Position numbers and translations under genes: made by a program. Below the pieces are notes generated by a model. The model worked only from the letters and a program-made list of their open reading frames with translations, was not told the DNA's origin and did no database searches. Of a DNA stretch of 64,000 nt, positions 1 through 10,796 are shown piece by piece. The stretch covers positions 96,001 to 160,000 of the forward strand of contig JANMPT010000028.1 of NCBI GenBank assembly GCA_031370005.1, read 5' to 3'. Source of the DNA: Bdellovibrionales bacterium (lineage in GTDB: Bacteria > Bdellovibrionota > Bdellovibrionia > Bdellovibrionales > Bdellovibrionaceae). Within the stretch, counting starts at the first letter, position 1, and each line of letters starts with the position of its first letter.

Positions 1-26
1 ACCTTACAATCTTTAACCATGGCCCA

Positions 27-3000
27 TTGGAATCACGCTTCAGTGTCTCCGCAGCATTGGGCCGAGATACTTTACGCATTACAAGAGCCGTCGCACGCTA
101 TGGGGAGTCTGAGGTGATCCTCAAAGGGGAGCTCGACAAGTTTTCCCAGGTCACACTTCATCCACTAGGAACTCTAGAGGCTACCGGGGATTTAAAGTTT
201 CAGGAAATCATGCAACAAGTGCGTTTAATTTTTTCGGAAAACAAATTTCCTATTTTGAATGGCGAAGCTATTGCCAAGGTTAATGTCAGAATCAATGGCA
301 AAGAACAAATCACAGGAAAAATGAATCTTAAAACAAAAAATGTTTCCTTGGACTCTTTTACCTTAGGAAACGCTTCCGTTCAGGGACTCTTTAAGGGCAA
401 TAGTATTATCTTTCCTGAGGTTCAGATCAATCATCCGGCTGGCACCGCCCGTTTACTTAACACTGACATTCAACTAAACAACAATCTTGATTTTAAAACA
501 CAAATTAAAGTTTCAAAACTCGATCTGCAAAAGCTTTTGCTTTCGTTGAATTTAAAATCCGTTCCTGTATGGATGAGTTTGCAAGCTGACCTTCCCTGCC
601 AGGGGCAAATAAAATCTCCAATCAAAGTCACTTGCAATGCAGCCCTCAGTGCAGAAAATCTTTTCGTCACCTCAGATTATCGCAATCAAAAAGCCGTGAT
701 TGCTGATATCGCCAAAATAAATGCTGAAGGGCAAGTCGAGATCACAGAAAAAGCTGTTACTTACAAGGCCAAGGTCTCTCTTGGTAACAGCACCGGTGAA
801 AGTTCTGGCCACATTGAATTTGCTCAAGGTTTTAAAATCAATTATAGCTCCCCAAAGTTGGATTTATCAAATATTCGCAATCTAGCAAATCTCAAATTAA
901 ACGGTTACGGCAGCCTTGAGGGTAGCACCTCAGGGGACGCCCGCTCGGCTGTTTTTGAAATGAAACTAAAAATGCAGGAATTTTCATTTGAGAATTATTA
1001 TCTTGGCCAACTCAATGGGCTCTTAGCCTTCAACCGTGGTCATCTTTTACTCAACGATCTGAATGGCTTTCTGCCAAAATCAAATTACCAGGGATCTATT
1101 AATGTAAATCTCACTGATTCAAAAATAGTGGGGCGGATTAGAGCCCCAACTTTAGATCTTGCGGATCTCATGAAGGTTTTTGAAGATCAATATCACTTCC
1201 CACTTTCGGTAAAGGCACCAGGCTCAGCCGACATTTCATTCTCCGGGCCATTGGACTTCTGGAAGCTCTCCTATCAGTTGGATTCCAAATTTAAAGGTGG
1301 CCAGTTCGCAGGCGAATCTTTTGATGAACTTGCCATTAACGTCCAATCCACCCAAGGAAATTTGCAAATTCAAAAGGCAACTGTCAGAAAAAATCAAGCT
1401 CTTCTCGTGGCTACAGGCGGAATCAGTCCTCAGAAGGATTTAAACCTGAAACTTGAGGGAAGAAATTTCCGCCTAGATGAGTCTGATTTTATTTCTAAAA
1501 TTAGCACCAATATTTTTGGCATTCTCAATTTCACCAGCCAAATTCACGGAAAAATCACTGAGCCAGATATTTCTCTTCGCGGCAGCATCACTGAAACCGT
1601 GCTTGATGAACAAGAAGCACCTTCCTCTTTTTTCGATATTAAAGTTCGTAAAACTGTCATGGAAGGCAATGCCAATTTCTTTGGTCACCGCATTCAAGCC
1701 GATTGGCTTCTTCCGTTTAACAGCTCGCCAATGCGCCTCAGACTTAAAACTGTGGATTGGAATTACGCAGCTCTATTGTCTATCCTGAGCGGCAATCCCT
1801 ATCAAAATGAATATGACTCAAGACTAACTGCTGACGTAGATTTACATTCTGAAACTGGTCAGTGGCAAAAAGCAAGTGGCCTGATCCAAATTAAGAATTT
1901 ATACTTAAGGCGTAGTAATCTGAGCTTTCGCAACCAAGATCCTATTCAAATAAAAATGGACACTGGCAAGATCCACATTCAAAACTTTAACCTCGAGGGC
2001 CCACAAAATAGTATTCAACTCAAGGGCGATGACTTTACACTCAATAATCTCAATGTAAACTTAGTCGCAAATACTGAGCTTCGCCTCTTCCAGATGTTCT
2101 TCCCATTTCTTGACGACTTAGGGGGCTCTATCCAGGCCTCTGCAACCTTTTCTGGCTCTTTGTTTAAACCACAGATTTTAGGAAGCCTGACGACAAATAA
2201 TAGCTTTGTAAAAATCAAAGGATTTCCACATCCAATTGAGCGCATCCAAGCGGAAGTAAATTTTTCACAAACGAAAGTTCTTATTAACTCGGTAAAAGCA
2301 CAAATGGCTGGCGGTGTGATTACAGCTGACGGCAATGTGACCATTAATGAGTACCGTGATATCCCAACTTCAATTCACATTGGCCTTGATGGCGTCAATC
2401 TCAATATTCCGGATAAAGTCCACACTTCAGGATCAGCTGACTTACTTCTTTCCGGTAAATGGTTCCCATTCCTACTTTCCGGCACCTACAAAGTGAGTAG
2501 CGGAATCTTTGAAAGAGAATTCACCGAAGGCGGCGACACCGGTTTAAATAATTCCCGACAAAGTGTTTATCTGCCAAAAATACTTCGTCAGACAAAATTC
2601 GAATCTTTGGTTTTAGATATTCAAATTCTTTTTGAGAAAAGTTTCCTGGTCAAAAACTCCCTCGTGGATGGTTCAGTACAGGGAAACCTCCAGGTGAAAG
2701 GTTCGACTTCAAACCCCATTTTACTTGGACGACTTCAAGCAGATAAAAATACCAAGCTAATTTTCAAAGATAAAAGCTTCGAAGTGCTGACCGCCAATAT
2801 TCTTTTCAATAATCCAAACGAGATCAACCCTGAACTTTATGTCTCAGCACAAGCACGAGTGAGTGACTATGACATTATGATCTTAGCACAGGGGCCTGCA
2901 AAAAATTTAAAATCCATTCGCCTCACCAGCGTCCCCCCATTGCCGGAGCAAGATATTATCTCGTTGTTGGCACTGGGAGTAATTTCCTCGCGCTCTGACA

Positions 3001-3395
3001 CCAACGCCCAGGGGCGCGAGCAATCAGTCCAAGCTGGATATGAATTGGGCTTTGCGATTATGTCTCAACCAATCAATAAGCAGCTGCAAGACCGCTTGGG
3101 CCTCAACGTGCAATTTACATCCTCATTCGATACCACTCGGAATATCAGCGTGCCTAAAGTCACTGTCAGTCGTAAATTATCCAACAAGGTGAATGCCTCC
3201 GCAAGCCGTACCTTAGGCTCTGATGCCAATGACGTAGAGGTGAAATTGCGTTATTTAATTAATCAGAATGTCTCGGCCATTGGTAGCTATGAAAATAGTC
3301 AAACTCTTCAGGGCGGACAAGGTCTTACAAACACAACTCGACAAAAAGAAAATGTCTTTGGTTTAGATCTCGAATTTAGAAAGGAGTTCAAATAA
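27..3395 (+). CDS. tamB: Translocation/assembly module TamB-like protein (AsmA/DUF490 family); probably 5'-truncated by the window edge
   Basis: Long beta-rich protein ending in an amphipathic beta strand (FGLDLEFRKEFK), directly upstream of an Omp85-family gene. The frame is open back to the window edge and the listed TTG start has no signal peptide. Confidence 0.8.
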   Translation: MESRFSVSAALGRDTLRITRAVARYGESEVILKGELDKFSQVTLHPLGTLEATGDLKFQEIMQQVRLIFSENKFPILNGEAIAKVNVRINGKEQITGKMNLKTKNVSLDSFTLGNASVQGLFKGNSIIFPEVQINHPAGTARLLNTDIQLNNNLDFKTQIKVSKLDLQKLLLSLNLKSVPVWMSLQADLPCQGQIKSPIKVTCNAALSAENLFVTSDYRNQKAVIADIAKINAEGQVEITEKAVTYKAKVSLGNSTGESSGHIEFAQGFKINYSSPKLDLSNIRNLANLKLNGYGSLEGSTSGDARSAVFEMKLKMQEFSFENYYLGQLNGLLAFNRGHLLLNDLNGFLPKSNYQGSINVNLTDSKIVGRIRAPTLDLADLMKVFEDQYHFPLSVKAPGSADISFSGPLDFWKLSYQLDSKFKGGQFAGESFDELAINVQSTQGNLQIQKATVRKNQALLVATGGISPQKDLNLKLEGRNFRLDESDFISKISTNIFGILNFTSQIHGKITEPDISLRGSITETVLDEQEAPSSFFDIKVRKTVMEGNANFFGHRIQADWLLPFNSSPMRLRLKTVDWNYAALLSILSGNPYQNEYDSRLTADVDLHSETGQWQKASGLIQIKNLYLRRSNLSFRNQDPIQIKMDTGKIHIQNFNLEGPQNSIQLKGDDFTLNNLNVNLVANTELRLFQMFFPFLDDLGGSIQASATFSGSLFKPQILGSLTTNNSFVKIKGFPHPIERIQAEVNFSQTKVLINSVKAQMAGGVITADGNVTINEYRDIPTSIHIGLDGVNLNIPDKVHTSGSADLLLSGKWFPFLLSGTYKVSSGIFEREFTEGGDTGLNNSRQSVYLPKILRQTKFESLVLDIQILFEKSFLVKNSLVDGSVQGNLQVKGSTSNPILLGRLQADKNTKLIFKDKSFEVLTANILFNNPNEINPELYVSAQARVSDYDIMILAQGPAKNLKSIRLTSVPPLPEQDIISLLALGVISSRSDTNAQGREQSVQAGYELGFAIMSQPINKQLQDRLGLNVQFTSSFDTTRNISVPKVTVSRKLSNKVNASASRTLGSDANDVEVKLRYLINQNVSAIGSYENSQTLQGGQGLTNTTRQKENVFGLDLEFRKEFK

Positions 3396-6217
3396 TGAGT
3401 TTGAATTTCATTCTGCGAGGTTTATTACTTAGTGTTCTACTCATTGTACAGTTATCAATGGCGATGGCCGCAGAGGCCCCCCATCGCAGTCTAAATATTT
3501 CTCTGCTCGCTCCAGAAATTCAAAAAGAACTAACTCAACGCTATCCCCAACTCAACAGCAATAAAATCACCTTAGACACTGTCGACGACATCATCCGTTT
3601 TCTGCAACTCCGTCCAGAGTTTGACTTGGTCCAGGTCATTGACCTTGGCAATGGCAACTTAAAGCTCAATACCGAACGCTCAACCCGTGTAAGTGGTATT
3701 AAGTTTGAAGGCCTACATGCAATCTCTGAGTCCGAATCTAAATTGCTTCTTGGTATCAATGTCAATAACGTGCTTAATCAGGATCAGTTGATTAATGGTG
3801 CGGAGAAGTTACGCCAACAATATAGTCAAATTGGTTATAGAAATGCTTCCATTGATATTGAGATTCCACCTGATGGAAAGGGCGATGTACAGCTCGTAGT
3901 TAAAGTCAAAGAAGGTGTACAGACTTTAACGGGGTCAATCACCTTCAGCTCCATAAATCCCGAACTTAATAAAGACTTAGAAAGTCGCTTGTCCAGGGAA
4001 AAAGGCTATCCCTTAACAGACGCACAGCTTGCTGAGATACATAAAAAAATCCGTGATTATTTGAATTCTAAATTCTTTATCCGCACAGAAATTAAAGGTC
4101 CGGAAGTCACTTTTAATACCGACGAATCAAAGGCCCAGTTGGCATTCACACTTGAAAAAGTAGATTCCTACCGCATCGAATACCTTGGCAATCGTGAAAT
4201 CACAACGTCGACCTTGGATAACTCCTTGGATGTTGGAAACTTCTATTCGGCAAATCCAAATATTGGGTCTGAGTTGGCTTCAAAAATTAAAAATCTTTAC
4301 TTATCACGTGGTTTTGCCCGCGCTGAAGTTCAAAGTGAAGAAGGCGGAGGCCATAAACCCTTCACGCGTAAAATTAGCTTCAATATCGAAGAAGGACCTA
4401 AGGTCAAAATTACACAATTTAATATCTCGGGAAGCATTTCACGACCACCCGAGTACTACATAAAGCTTCTAAAAAAACAAAATTCAGATTTACTACAAAG
4501 AGGTTACTATAATAAAATAGAATTGGATCAGAGTTTTGAGGCCCTACGGATTGAGTTGCAAAATCAGGGCTACCTCTTAGCCCGTATTAACTCTACTCGG
4601 ACTCAGTACAACAAAGAAAAAAACCAGGTTTCAGTCTACCTCAACCTTGATGAAGGCCCCCTTACTCAGATAGAAAATATTCAATTTACAGGCAACGAAA
4701 CCGTGCCTGCACCAGAGCTCTTAAAGGTTATTGGTCTTCAGAAAAATCAGGCTTTGCGCTTGGCCGAACTCGAAAAAGCAATTCAGAGTCTCAAGATCTA
4801 TTACCATGAAAAAGGCTATATCGATATGGTTCTGCTGAATGAAAAAGAAGATCTTGTCACTTATAACGAAAACAATACGCAAGCAAAATTAAATTTCAAA
4901 ATTTATGAAGGTCCCCTCGTACGCATTGCAAGTATTGTATTAGACGGCAATACGTTCACCAAAGACTATGTTCTTTTGAAAGAAATTGACCTGCAAGCTG
5001 GTGATACCCTGACTCCCTCGAAGTTGGACGAAGCCGTCGCAAGACTTCAACGTACGGGTTATTTTAATACCGTGGACATAAAAACTCTTGAAGAAAAAAC
5101 CAGCGTCGCCAATCGCACACTCGTCATTAAGGTAACTGAAAGAGACCCCGGCCTCTTTACTCTTGGTGCCGGCGCCAACAGCGATCTGGGACTAACTCTC
5201 AAAGGCTATACAGGCCTTGCATATAATAATCTCATGGGAACCGGACGTGGGGTCTCTTTACGTCTTGAGGGAAATTACAACGTCAACGAAATCAAATACC
5301 TCGAGTCCAAAGTGACTCTCGGCTATGTTGAGCCTTACTTATTTGGCTCGAAAATTCGTGGCCGCGTGAATCTGACTCGATCGAGCCAACTCACTGATTA
5401 TTACACTAAAAAAGTCTCTGACATTAATCAAACTACTTGGTCTCTGGAAAAAGATTTAACCTCCCATGTGACAATTATTTATGAAATTTGGAATGGCGCC
5501 CACCTTCAAGATTTTTTCTTGAACCCCGCGCCGGGAACCCCAAAGCCAGAGCCACAGGACATCGTCACCACCGGCCCACGTCTTGATATTGATTACCGAG
5601 ACAATCCTTTCAATCCAACGAAGGGAAGCTTCACAACACTTTCTTATGAGTACTCCTCCCCGGAAATCGGAAGTTCACGCCAAGGTGAAATCAAATTCCA
5701 AAGGGCAACGGGTTCCTTCACTCATTATTTACGCGTCCCTTATCTCAAAGGTGATTTTATGGTTTGGGCCAACTCGGTGCGCGGCGGCTACTTGGAAAAC
5801 TTAAGTCAAGGCCGCGGCGCTACAGACGGTGTTCCTTACGATAAAAAAGGATTTTATTTAGGCGGCAGCTCGACAGTTCGAGGTTTCAATGGAACCACAC
5901 AATATTTTCCAACTTATGGCCAGTTAGGTATTCAATCAACAGAGACCTTTTACCTTAAAGCAATTGCAACCATGTATTTAGTGAAGTCCGAATTGCGCTT
6001 CCCAATTTCTGGAAACTTCGGAGGAGCAATATTCTATGATGGCGGGGCTGTTCACATTGAGAATCGAGATTTTGTCGATGAGTATCGAGATGCCGCAGGC
6101 TTTGGTTTTCACTACAACACCCCAGTGGGACCAATAAACCTCGAAATCGCCTGGAAACTCGATGCAAAGCCTGGCGAAGACCCTTATGCAGTGCACTTAT
6201 CAATAGGCAGCTTTTAG
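3395..6217 (+). CDS. Omp85/BamA-TamA family outer membrane protein with multiple POTRA repeats
   Basis: Signal peptide, repeated POTRA-like segments (Y...GY...EG), C-terminal barrel motifs VRGF, FYDGG and TPVGPI, terminal Phe. Translationally coupled to tamB (TAATG). Confidence 0.9.
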   Translation: MSLNFILRGLLLSVLLIVQLSMAMAAEAPHRSLNISLLAPEIQKELTQRYPQLNSNKITLDTVDDIIRFLQLRPEFDLVQVIDLGNGNLKLNTERSTRVSGIKFEGLHAISESESKLLLGINVNNVLNQDQLINGAEKLRQQYSQIGYRNASIDIEIPPDGKGDVQLVVKVKEGVQTLTGSITFSSINPELNKDLESRLSREKGYPLTDAQLAEIHKKIRDYLNSKFFIRTEIKGPEVTFNTDESKAQLAFTLEKVDSYRIEYLGNREITTSTLDNSLDVGNFYSANPNIGSELASKIKNLYLSRGFARAEVQSEEGGGHKPFTRKISFNIEEGPKVKITQFNISGSISRPPEYYIKLLKKQNSDLLQRGYYNKIELDQSFEALRIELQNQGYLLARINSTRTQYNKEKNQVSVYLNLDEGPLTQIENIQFTGNETVPAPELLKVIGLQKNQALRLAELEKAIQSLKIYYHEKGYIDMVLLNEKEDLVTYNENNTQAKLNFKIYEGPLVRIASIVLDGNTFTKDYVLLKEIDLQAGDTLTPSKLDEAVARLQRTGYFNTVDIKTLEEKTSVANRTLVIKVTERDPGLFTLGAGANSDLGLTLKGYTGLAYNNLMGTGRGVSLRLEGNYNVNEIKYLESKVTLGYVEPYLFGSKIRGRVNLTRSSQLTDYYTKKVSDINQTTWSLEKDLTSHVTIIYEIWNGAHLQDFFLNPAPGTPKPEPQDIVTTGPRLDIDYRDNPFNPTKGSFTTLSYEYSSPEIGSSRQGEIKFQRATGSFTHYLRVPYLKGDFMVWANSVRGGYLENLSQGRGATDGVPYDKKGFYLGGSSTVRGFNGTTQYFPTYGQLGIQSTETFYLKAIATMYLVKSELRFPISGNFGGAIFYDGGAVHIENRDFVDEYRDAAGFGFHYNTPVGPINLEIAWKLDAKPGEDPYAVHLSIGSF

Positions 6218-6314
6218 ATTAACGCGCCACGCAGCACGTGACTAAACCCAAGGTTTTTCGTACCTCTATTCGTTCTGAAAATCTTAAACAAATTCAACGA
6301 CGGAGTTTTTTAAA

Positions 6315-8375
6315 ATGACAAGTGATTCTTTGCTGTTAGTTCCAGCAATCGCCGGAGCTGTGGGTCTTGTTCTTGCCCTGATTTTGTATTTCCGTGTGAA
6401 GTCTCAACCAACTGGCAATGAGACAATGAACCGCATTGCTCAATATATTCGTGAAGGCTCTATGGCCTTCTTATCCCGTGAGTATAAAGTGTTGGCTGGC
6501 TACGCCGCAGTCGTGAGCTTAGTCCTTGGTTTTTCTTTGGGATGGCTCTCTGCTGGCTGCTTCGTTTTAGGTGCTTTTTTAAGTCTTCTGGCCGGTTTCT
6601 TCGGTATGAAAGCCGCAACCTATGCCAATATTCGTACAACACAAGCAGCTGCCAGTGGCTCCAAATCAAAAGCCCTTCTTGTGGCCCTAGACGGTGGAGC
6701 AGTGATGGGTCTTTCCGTTGCCGGTCTTGGTCTTTTGGGCCTAGGTATCCTTTTCCAAATTTACAACGGTACTCCTGAGGTTGGCACTGTCCTTCACTCT
6801 TTTGCTGTTGGCGCTTCTTCCATTGCTCTTTTTGCCCGTATCGGTGGTGGTATCTATACAAAAGCTGCAGATGTAGGAGCTGACATTGCTGGCAAGGTCA
6901 TCGAAGGCATTCCCGAGGACGATCCTAGAAATCCAGGTGTTGTTGCCGACAACGTCGGTGACAACGTCGGTGACGTTGCCGGCATGGGTGCAGATATTTA
7001 TGAATCCATGGTTGCAGCAATCGTTGCGGCAATGGCAATTGCCCTGACGGCCCCTGTAGAAACTCTCCAAGCTTTAACTGCGAATACAGAGATTCTGAGA
7101 ACATCTGCGATCTTCCTGCCTTTGGGTCTCTCCGCTTTAGGTATGCTCATCTCAATCTTTGTGATTTTTATCACTCGTCTATTCTGCAGTTCCGCTCCTG
7201 CGACAGTTTTGAGAAATGCGTTGCTCATTCCTCCAGTTATATTGACCCTTGCCTCTTACATCTTGATGCCAATCTATGACTTGAACCAAACAGTGACTGT
7301 TGCTTTGGCGGCAGGTGCCATCGGTGGCGCTTTGATTGGCTTGATCACTGAGTATTACACCGCAGCTCGACCTATTAGACTTGTTGCTGAAGCTTCCCTA
7401 ACTGGAGCAGGTACAAACGTTATTCGCGGCCTAGCTATTGGCATGGAGTCCGTAGCTATTCCAATGTTGATTGTTGTGGTTGCAGCTTTTATTGCAGATC
7501 GCGTTTTGGGCCTATATGGAATCGCCCTTGCTGCCGTGGGCATGCTGGCTGGAACTGCCGTTGTCATGACTGTGGATGCCTACGGTCCTATTGCTGACAA
7601 TGCGGGCGGTATTTCCGAAATGTCTGGTCTCGGAAAAAATGTTCGCGACATCACCGACGAGCTCGATGCGGTTGGAAATACAACAGCGGCAATTGGCAAA
7701 GGTTTTGCGATTGGCTCTGCGATCTTGACTGTGGTCGCACTTTTTTCTGCCTTCAATATGGAGGTAAATCACACACGAGCTTTGGCGGGTCTTGCCAACA
7801 TCAATTTGGATTTGACCTCTTCAGGAGTTTTAATCGGCTTGTTGATCGGCGCGATCCTTCCTTTCCTTGTTGGCGCAACAACAATGACTGCTGTTGGTAA
7901 GGCAGCTCAAAAAATTGTGACTGAAATCGGCCGCCAATTCAAAGAAATCCCAGGCCTTCTTCAAGGCACAGCAGATCCAGAGCCTGCTAAGATTGTAGAT
8001 ATCGCGACAAAGGCCGCTTTGATTGAAATGATCATTCCAGGTATGATTGCGGTTCTTGCTCCGGTGCTTATTGGCTTCTTGCTGGGCCCGACGGGTCTTG
8101 CCGGAATGCTTGCTGGCGCACTGGCAGTAGGCGCAACTATGTCATTATTCATGGCAAATGCTGGTGGAGCTTGGGACAACGCTAAAAAATATATCGAAAA
8201 AGGGAAGCTTCCAGGCCACAAAAAAGGCTCTGACGCTCATAAAAATGCTGTTGTTGGTGACACGGTGGGTGACCCCTTCAAAGACACTTCGGGCCCAGGC
8301 GTTGCGATCCTGATCAAAGTAATGAGTGTAGTTTCTCTTCTTATTGCTGGTTTGATTGCCACAATCGGCGGCTAA
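6315..8375 (+). CDS. hppA: Membrane-bound pyrophosphatase, K+-dependent, probably Na+-translocating
   Basis: Motifs [43 protein letters not shown]; highly hydrophobic. Confidence 0.95.
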   Translation: MTSDSLLLVPAIAGAVGLVLALILYFRVKSQPTGNETMNRIAQYIREGSMAFLSREYKVLAGYAAVVSLVLGFSLGWLSAGCFVLGAFLSLLAGFFGMKAATYANIRTTQAAASGSKSKALLVALDGGAVMGLSVAGLGLLGLGILFQIYNGTPEVGTVLHSFAVGASSIALFARIGGGIYTKAADVGADIAGKVIEGIPEDDPRNPGVVADNVGDNVGDVAGMGADIYESMVAAIVAAMAIALTAPVETLQALTANTEILRTSAIFLPLGLSALGMLISIFVIFITRLFCSSAPATVLRNALLIPPVILTLASYILMPIYDLNQTVTVALAAGAIGGALIGLITEYYTAARPIRLVAEASLTGAGTNVIRGLAIGMESVAIPMLIVVVAAFIADRVLGLYGIALAAVGMLAGTAVVMTVDAYGPIADNAGGISEMSGLGKNVRDITDELDAVGNTTAAIGKGFAIGSAILTVVALFSAFNMEVNHTRALAGLANINLDLTSSGVLIGLLIGAILPFLVGATTMTAVGKAAQKIVTEIGRQFKEIPGLLQGTADPEPAKIVDIATKAALIEMIIPGMIAVLAPVLIGFLLGPTGLAGMLAGALAVGATMSLFMANAGGAWDNAKKYIEKGKLPGHKKGSDAHKNAVVGDTVGDPFKDTSGPGVAILIKVMSVVSLLIAGLIATIGG

Positions 8376-8486
8376 GCCGCCGGCCAGGGATCTAGAAACT
8401 GCCACGACTTTTCTGCATTATAGGACGTAAAGAGCACAACTCCGCGAAAATGGGGTGCTAGTCTTTCCCTGTAACAGGAGGTCTTT

Positions 8487-9176
8487 ATGATATCTCGTTT
8501 AATTTTGATACTCTCCGTTTTTATGTTGGTAAGCACGAATGTGCTTGCCGCTGATAATAAAGCCCAGCTTGACGACTTGATGACGCCAGATGAGCTGGCT
8601 GCTGAGATTGGAAATACGCAATCGACAGACTTGAGCCCTCAAGTAGAGCCTTTTACTGCCGAACAGATTTTCGACGCCTATGGTGTCGATGTCTATGCGG
8701 AGTTTCCCGTAGTCATAGTCATCAATAAAAACTTCCAGACTGCCACTGTTTACCAAAATGGCTACCAAGTAAATTCCTTCCTAGTCTCCACAGGGCGGGA
8801 GCGTTGGGAGACCGCGAAGTCAGGTAGACAATACTTTACGTCAACACCGTCGGGATGGTTTGCGCCACAAAGCTACGTTCGCAATCACTGGTCTAATACC
8901 TGGGCTGCCCTCATGGAATATGCCATTTTTTTTAATGGTGGTGTGGCTCTTCATGCAACAACTCCAGATCACTATAAGGAGTTAGGCCACACAGCCTCTG
9001 GAGGCTGTGTTCGCATGTATAAGGACGATGCAGCGTGGTTCTGGAACTTATCACTCGCTAATAAGACGGCAAATGTTCCTTACTTCACTCGCAGTGGTCA
9101 GTTACTCAGAAATAGAGATGGTAGCATCAAACATCACGCAGCTTCAGGAACCCTTGTTATTGTTAGCTCGAATTAA
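8487..9176 (+). CDS. Secreted L,D-transpeptidase (YkuD family)
   Basis: Signal peptide; VSTG; ALHAT...ASGGCVR catalytic His/Cys motif; GGAGG RBS. Confidence 0.85.
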   Translation: MISRLILILSVFMLVSTNVLAADNKAQLDDLMTPDELAAEIGNTQSTDLSPQVEPFTAEQIFDAYGVDVYAEFPVVIVINKNFQTATVYQNGYQVNSFLVSTGRERWETAKSGRQYFTSTPSGWFAPQSYVRNHWSNTWAALMEYAIFFNGGVALHATTPDHYKELGHTASGGCVRMYKDDAAWFWNLSLANKTANVPYFTRSGQLLRNRDGSIKHHAASGTLVIVSSN

Positions 9177-9226
9177 ATTTAGCTAGGATGGGGGCCATTT
9201 GATTCGCAGCTTCCAAGTGGCCCTTC

Positions 9227-9255
9227 TTGACGCGTTTATCTCCTGGAGATAGCTT
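9227..9255 (+). promoter_or_regulatory. Putative sigma70 promoter of prpDBC
   Basis: TTGACG-17 nt-TAGCTT, just after a GC-rich hairpin (9192-9223) that follows the L,D-transpeptidase gene. Confidence 0.45.
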
Positions 9256-9287
9256 GGGTTGTTTACTCAACTCCAAGGACGACCTCA

Positions 9288-10796
9288 ATGAAAAAACATT
9301 CTGTTCGCGTTTATCCCTCCAAAGAGCAACTTAACCGCAAAGATCAACTTGCCTGGAAAATGGCCGAAATTGCTTCAGACAATGCTCCAATTAAAGCCAA
9401 TGTTCTTGATATGGTAATCAATCGTATGATCGACAATGCCTCTGTTGCCATGGCAGCCGCTAATCGTCACCCCGTGGCCTCTGCTCGAGCGATGGCCATT
9501 GCTCACCCTCGCGCCAAGGGAGCCACGGTATTTGGTATGCCGAATGATCAAAAATTTGACTGTGAATGGGCCGCTTGGGCAAACGGAACCGCCGTTCGTG
9601 AGCTCGACTATCACGATACTTTTCTAGCTGCTGATTACTCCCACCCAGGCGACAATATTCCGCCAATACTTGCCGTGGCCCAACAAATGAATAAAGGCGG
9701 CAAGGACTTACTCCGTGGCATAGTGACGGGTTATGAACTTCACGTCGACCTGGTCAAAGCCATTTGTCTTCATGAATTCAAAAAAGACCATATTGCTCAC
9801 TTATGCCCAGCACAAGCAGCTGGTATCGGAGCACTATTAAGTCTTCCAACTGAAACTATTTTCCAAGCCATCCAGCAAGCGGTTCACGTTTCTTTCACGA
9901 CACGCCAATCCCGCAAAGGGGAAATTTCTTCCTGGAAAGCATATGCTCCTGCACACGCAGGAAAATTGGCAATTGAAGCTGTTGACCGGGTCATGCGTGG
10001 CGAGGGCGCTCCGTCTCCAATTTACGAAGGTGAAGATTCTGTAATTGCTTACATGCTTTCTGGTAAAAATGGAAAATACGAGGTCCCATTACCAGAAGTA
10101 GGCGAAGAAAAATGTGCAATCCTTGAAACATATACCAAAGAACACTCAGCTGAGTATCAGTCACAAGCCTTGATCGACTTAGCATCACGCATGAAAACAA
10201 AAATTAACAACTACGATGATATCACGAAGATCATAATCCACACGTCACATCATACACACTATGTGATTGGCACCGGCGCCAATGATCCACAAAAAATGGA
10301 GCCAACCGCTTCCCGTGAGACGCTTGATCACTCAATCATGTATATCTTCGCGGTAGCGCTCCAAGATGGTGTTTGGCACCATGTGAAATCTTACGAGCCC
10401 TCTCGTGCTCAACGACCTGATACTGTGGCTTTATGGCATAAAATATCTACAGTTGAAGATTCGAAGTGGACTGAGGCTTATCACAATTCAGACCCGGATA
10501 AAAAACGTTTCGGTGGCCGAGTTGAAATCTTTTTTAAAAATGGCACGACACTTGTGGATGAATTAGGGTTGGCAAATGCCCACCCTGCGGGCGCAAAACC
10601 ATTCAAACGTGCTGACTACATCCGCAAATTCGATATGCTCACTGAGGAAATCATCACTAAAGACGAACGCAATCGCTTCGTCTCATTAGTCGAAAATCTG
10701 GCAGATCTGACTCCTGCGCAAGTTCAGCAAATCAACGTGCAAATCCCATTGGACAGACTTGTAAATAACAAACGCGATACTCAAGGGATTTTCTAA
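9288..10796 (+). CDS. prpD: 2-methylcitrate dehydratase (MmgE/PrpD)
   Basis: ELDYHDTFLAADYSHPGDNI and GEISSWK motifs; operon with prpB and prpC. Confidence 0.93.
   Translation: MKKHSVRVYPSKEQLNRKDQLAWKMAEIASDNAPIKANVLDMVINRMIDNASVAMAAANRHPVASARAMAIAHPRAKGATVFGMPNDQKFDCEWAAWANGTAVRELDYHDTFLAADYSHPGDNIPPILAVAQQMNKGGKDLLRGIVTGYELHVDLVKAICLHEFKKDHIAHLCPAQAAGIGALLSLPTETIFQAIQQAVHVSFTTRQSRKGEISSWKAYAPAHAGKLAIEAVDRVMRGEGAPSPIYEGEDSVIAYMLSGKNGKYEVPLPEVGEEKCAILETYTKEHSAEYQSQALIDLASRMKTKINNYDDITKIIIHTSHHTHYVIGTGANDPQKMEPTASRETLDHSIMYIFAVALQDGVWHHVKSYEPSRAQRPDTVALWHKISTVEDSKWTEAYHNSDPDKKRFGGRVEIFFKNGTTLVDELGLANAHPAGAKPFKRADYIRKFDMLTEEIITKDERNRFVSLVENLADLTPAQVQQINVQIPLDRLVNNKRDTQGIF

Noticed and set aside
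6940..6985. Tandem GACAACGTCGGT repeat
   Set aside because: It encodes the conserved DNVGDNVGD motif of HppA and is not a DNA-level repeat element.
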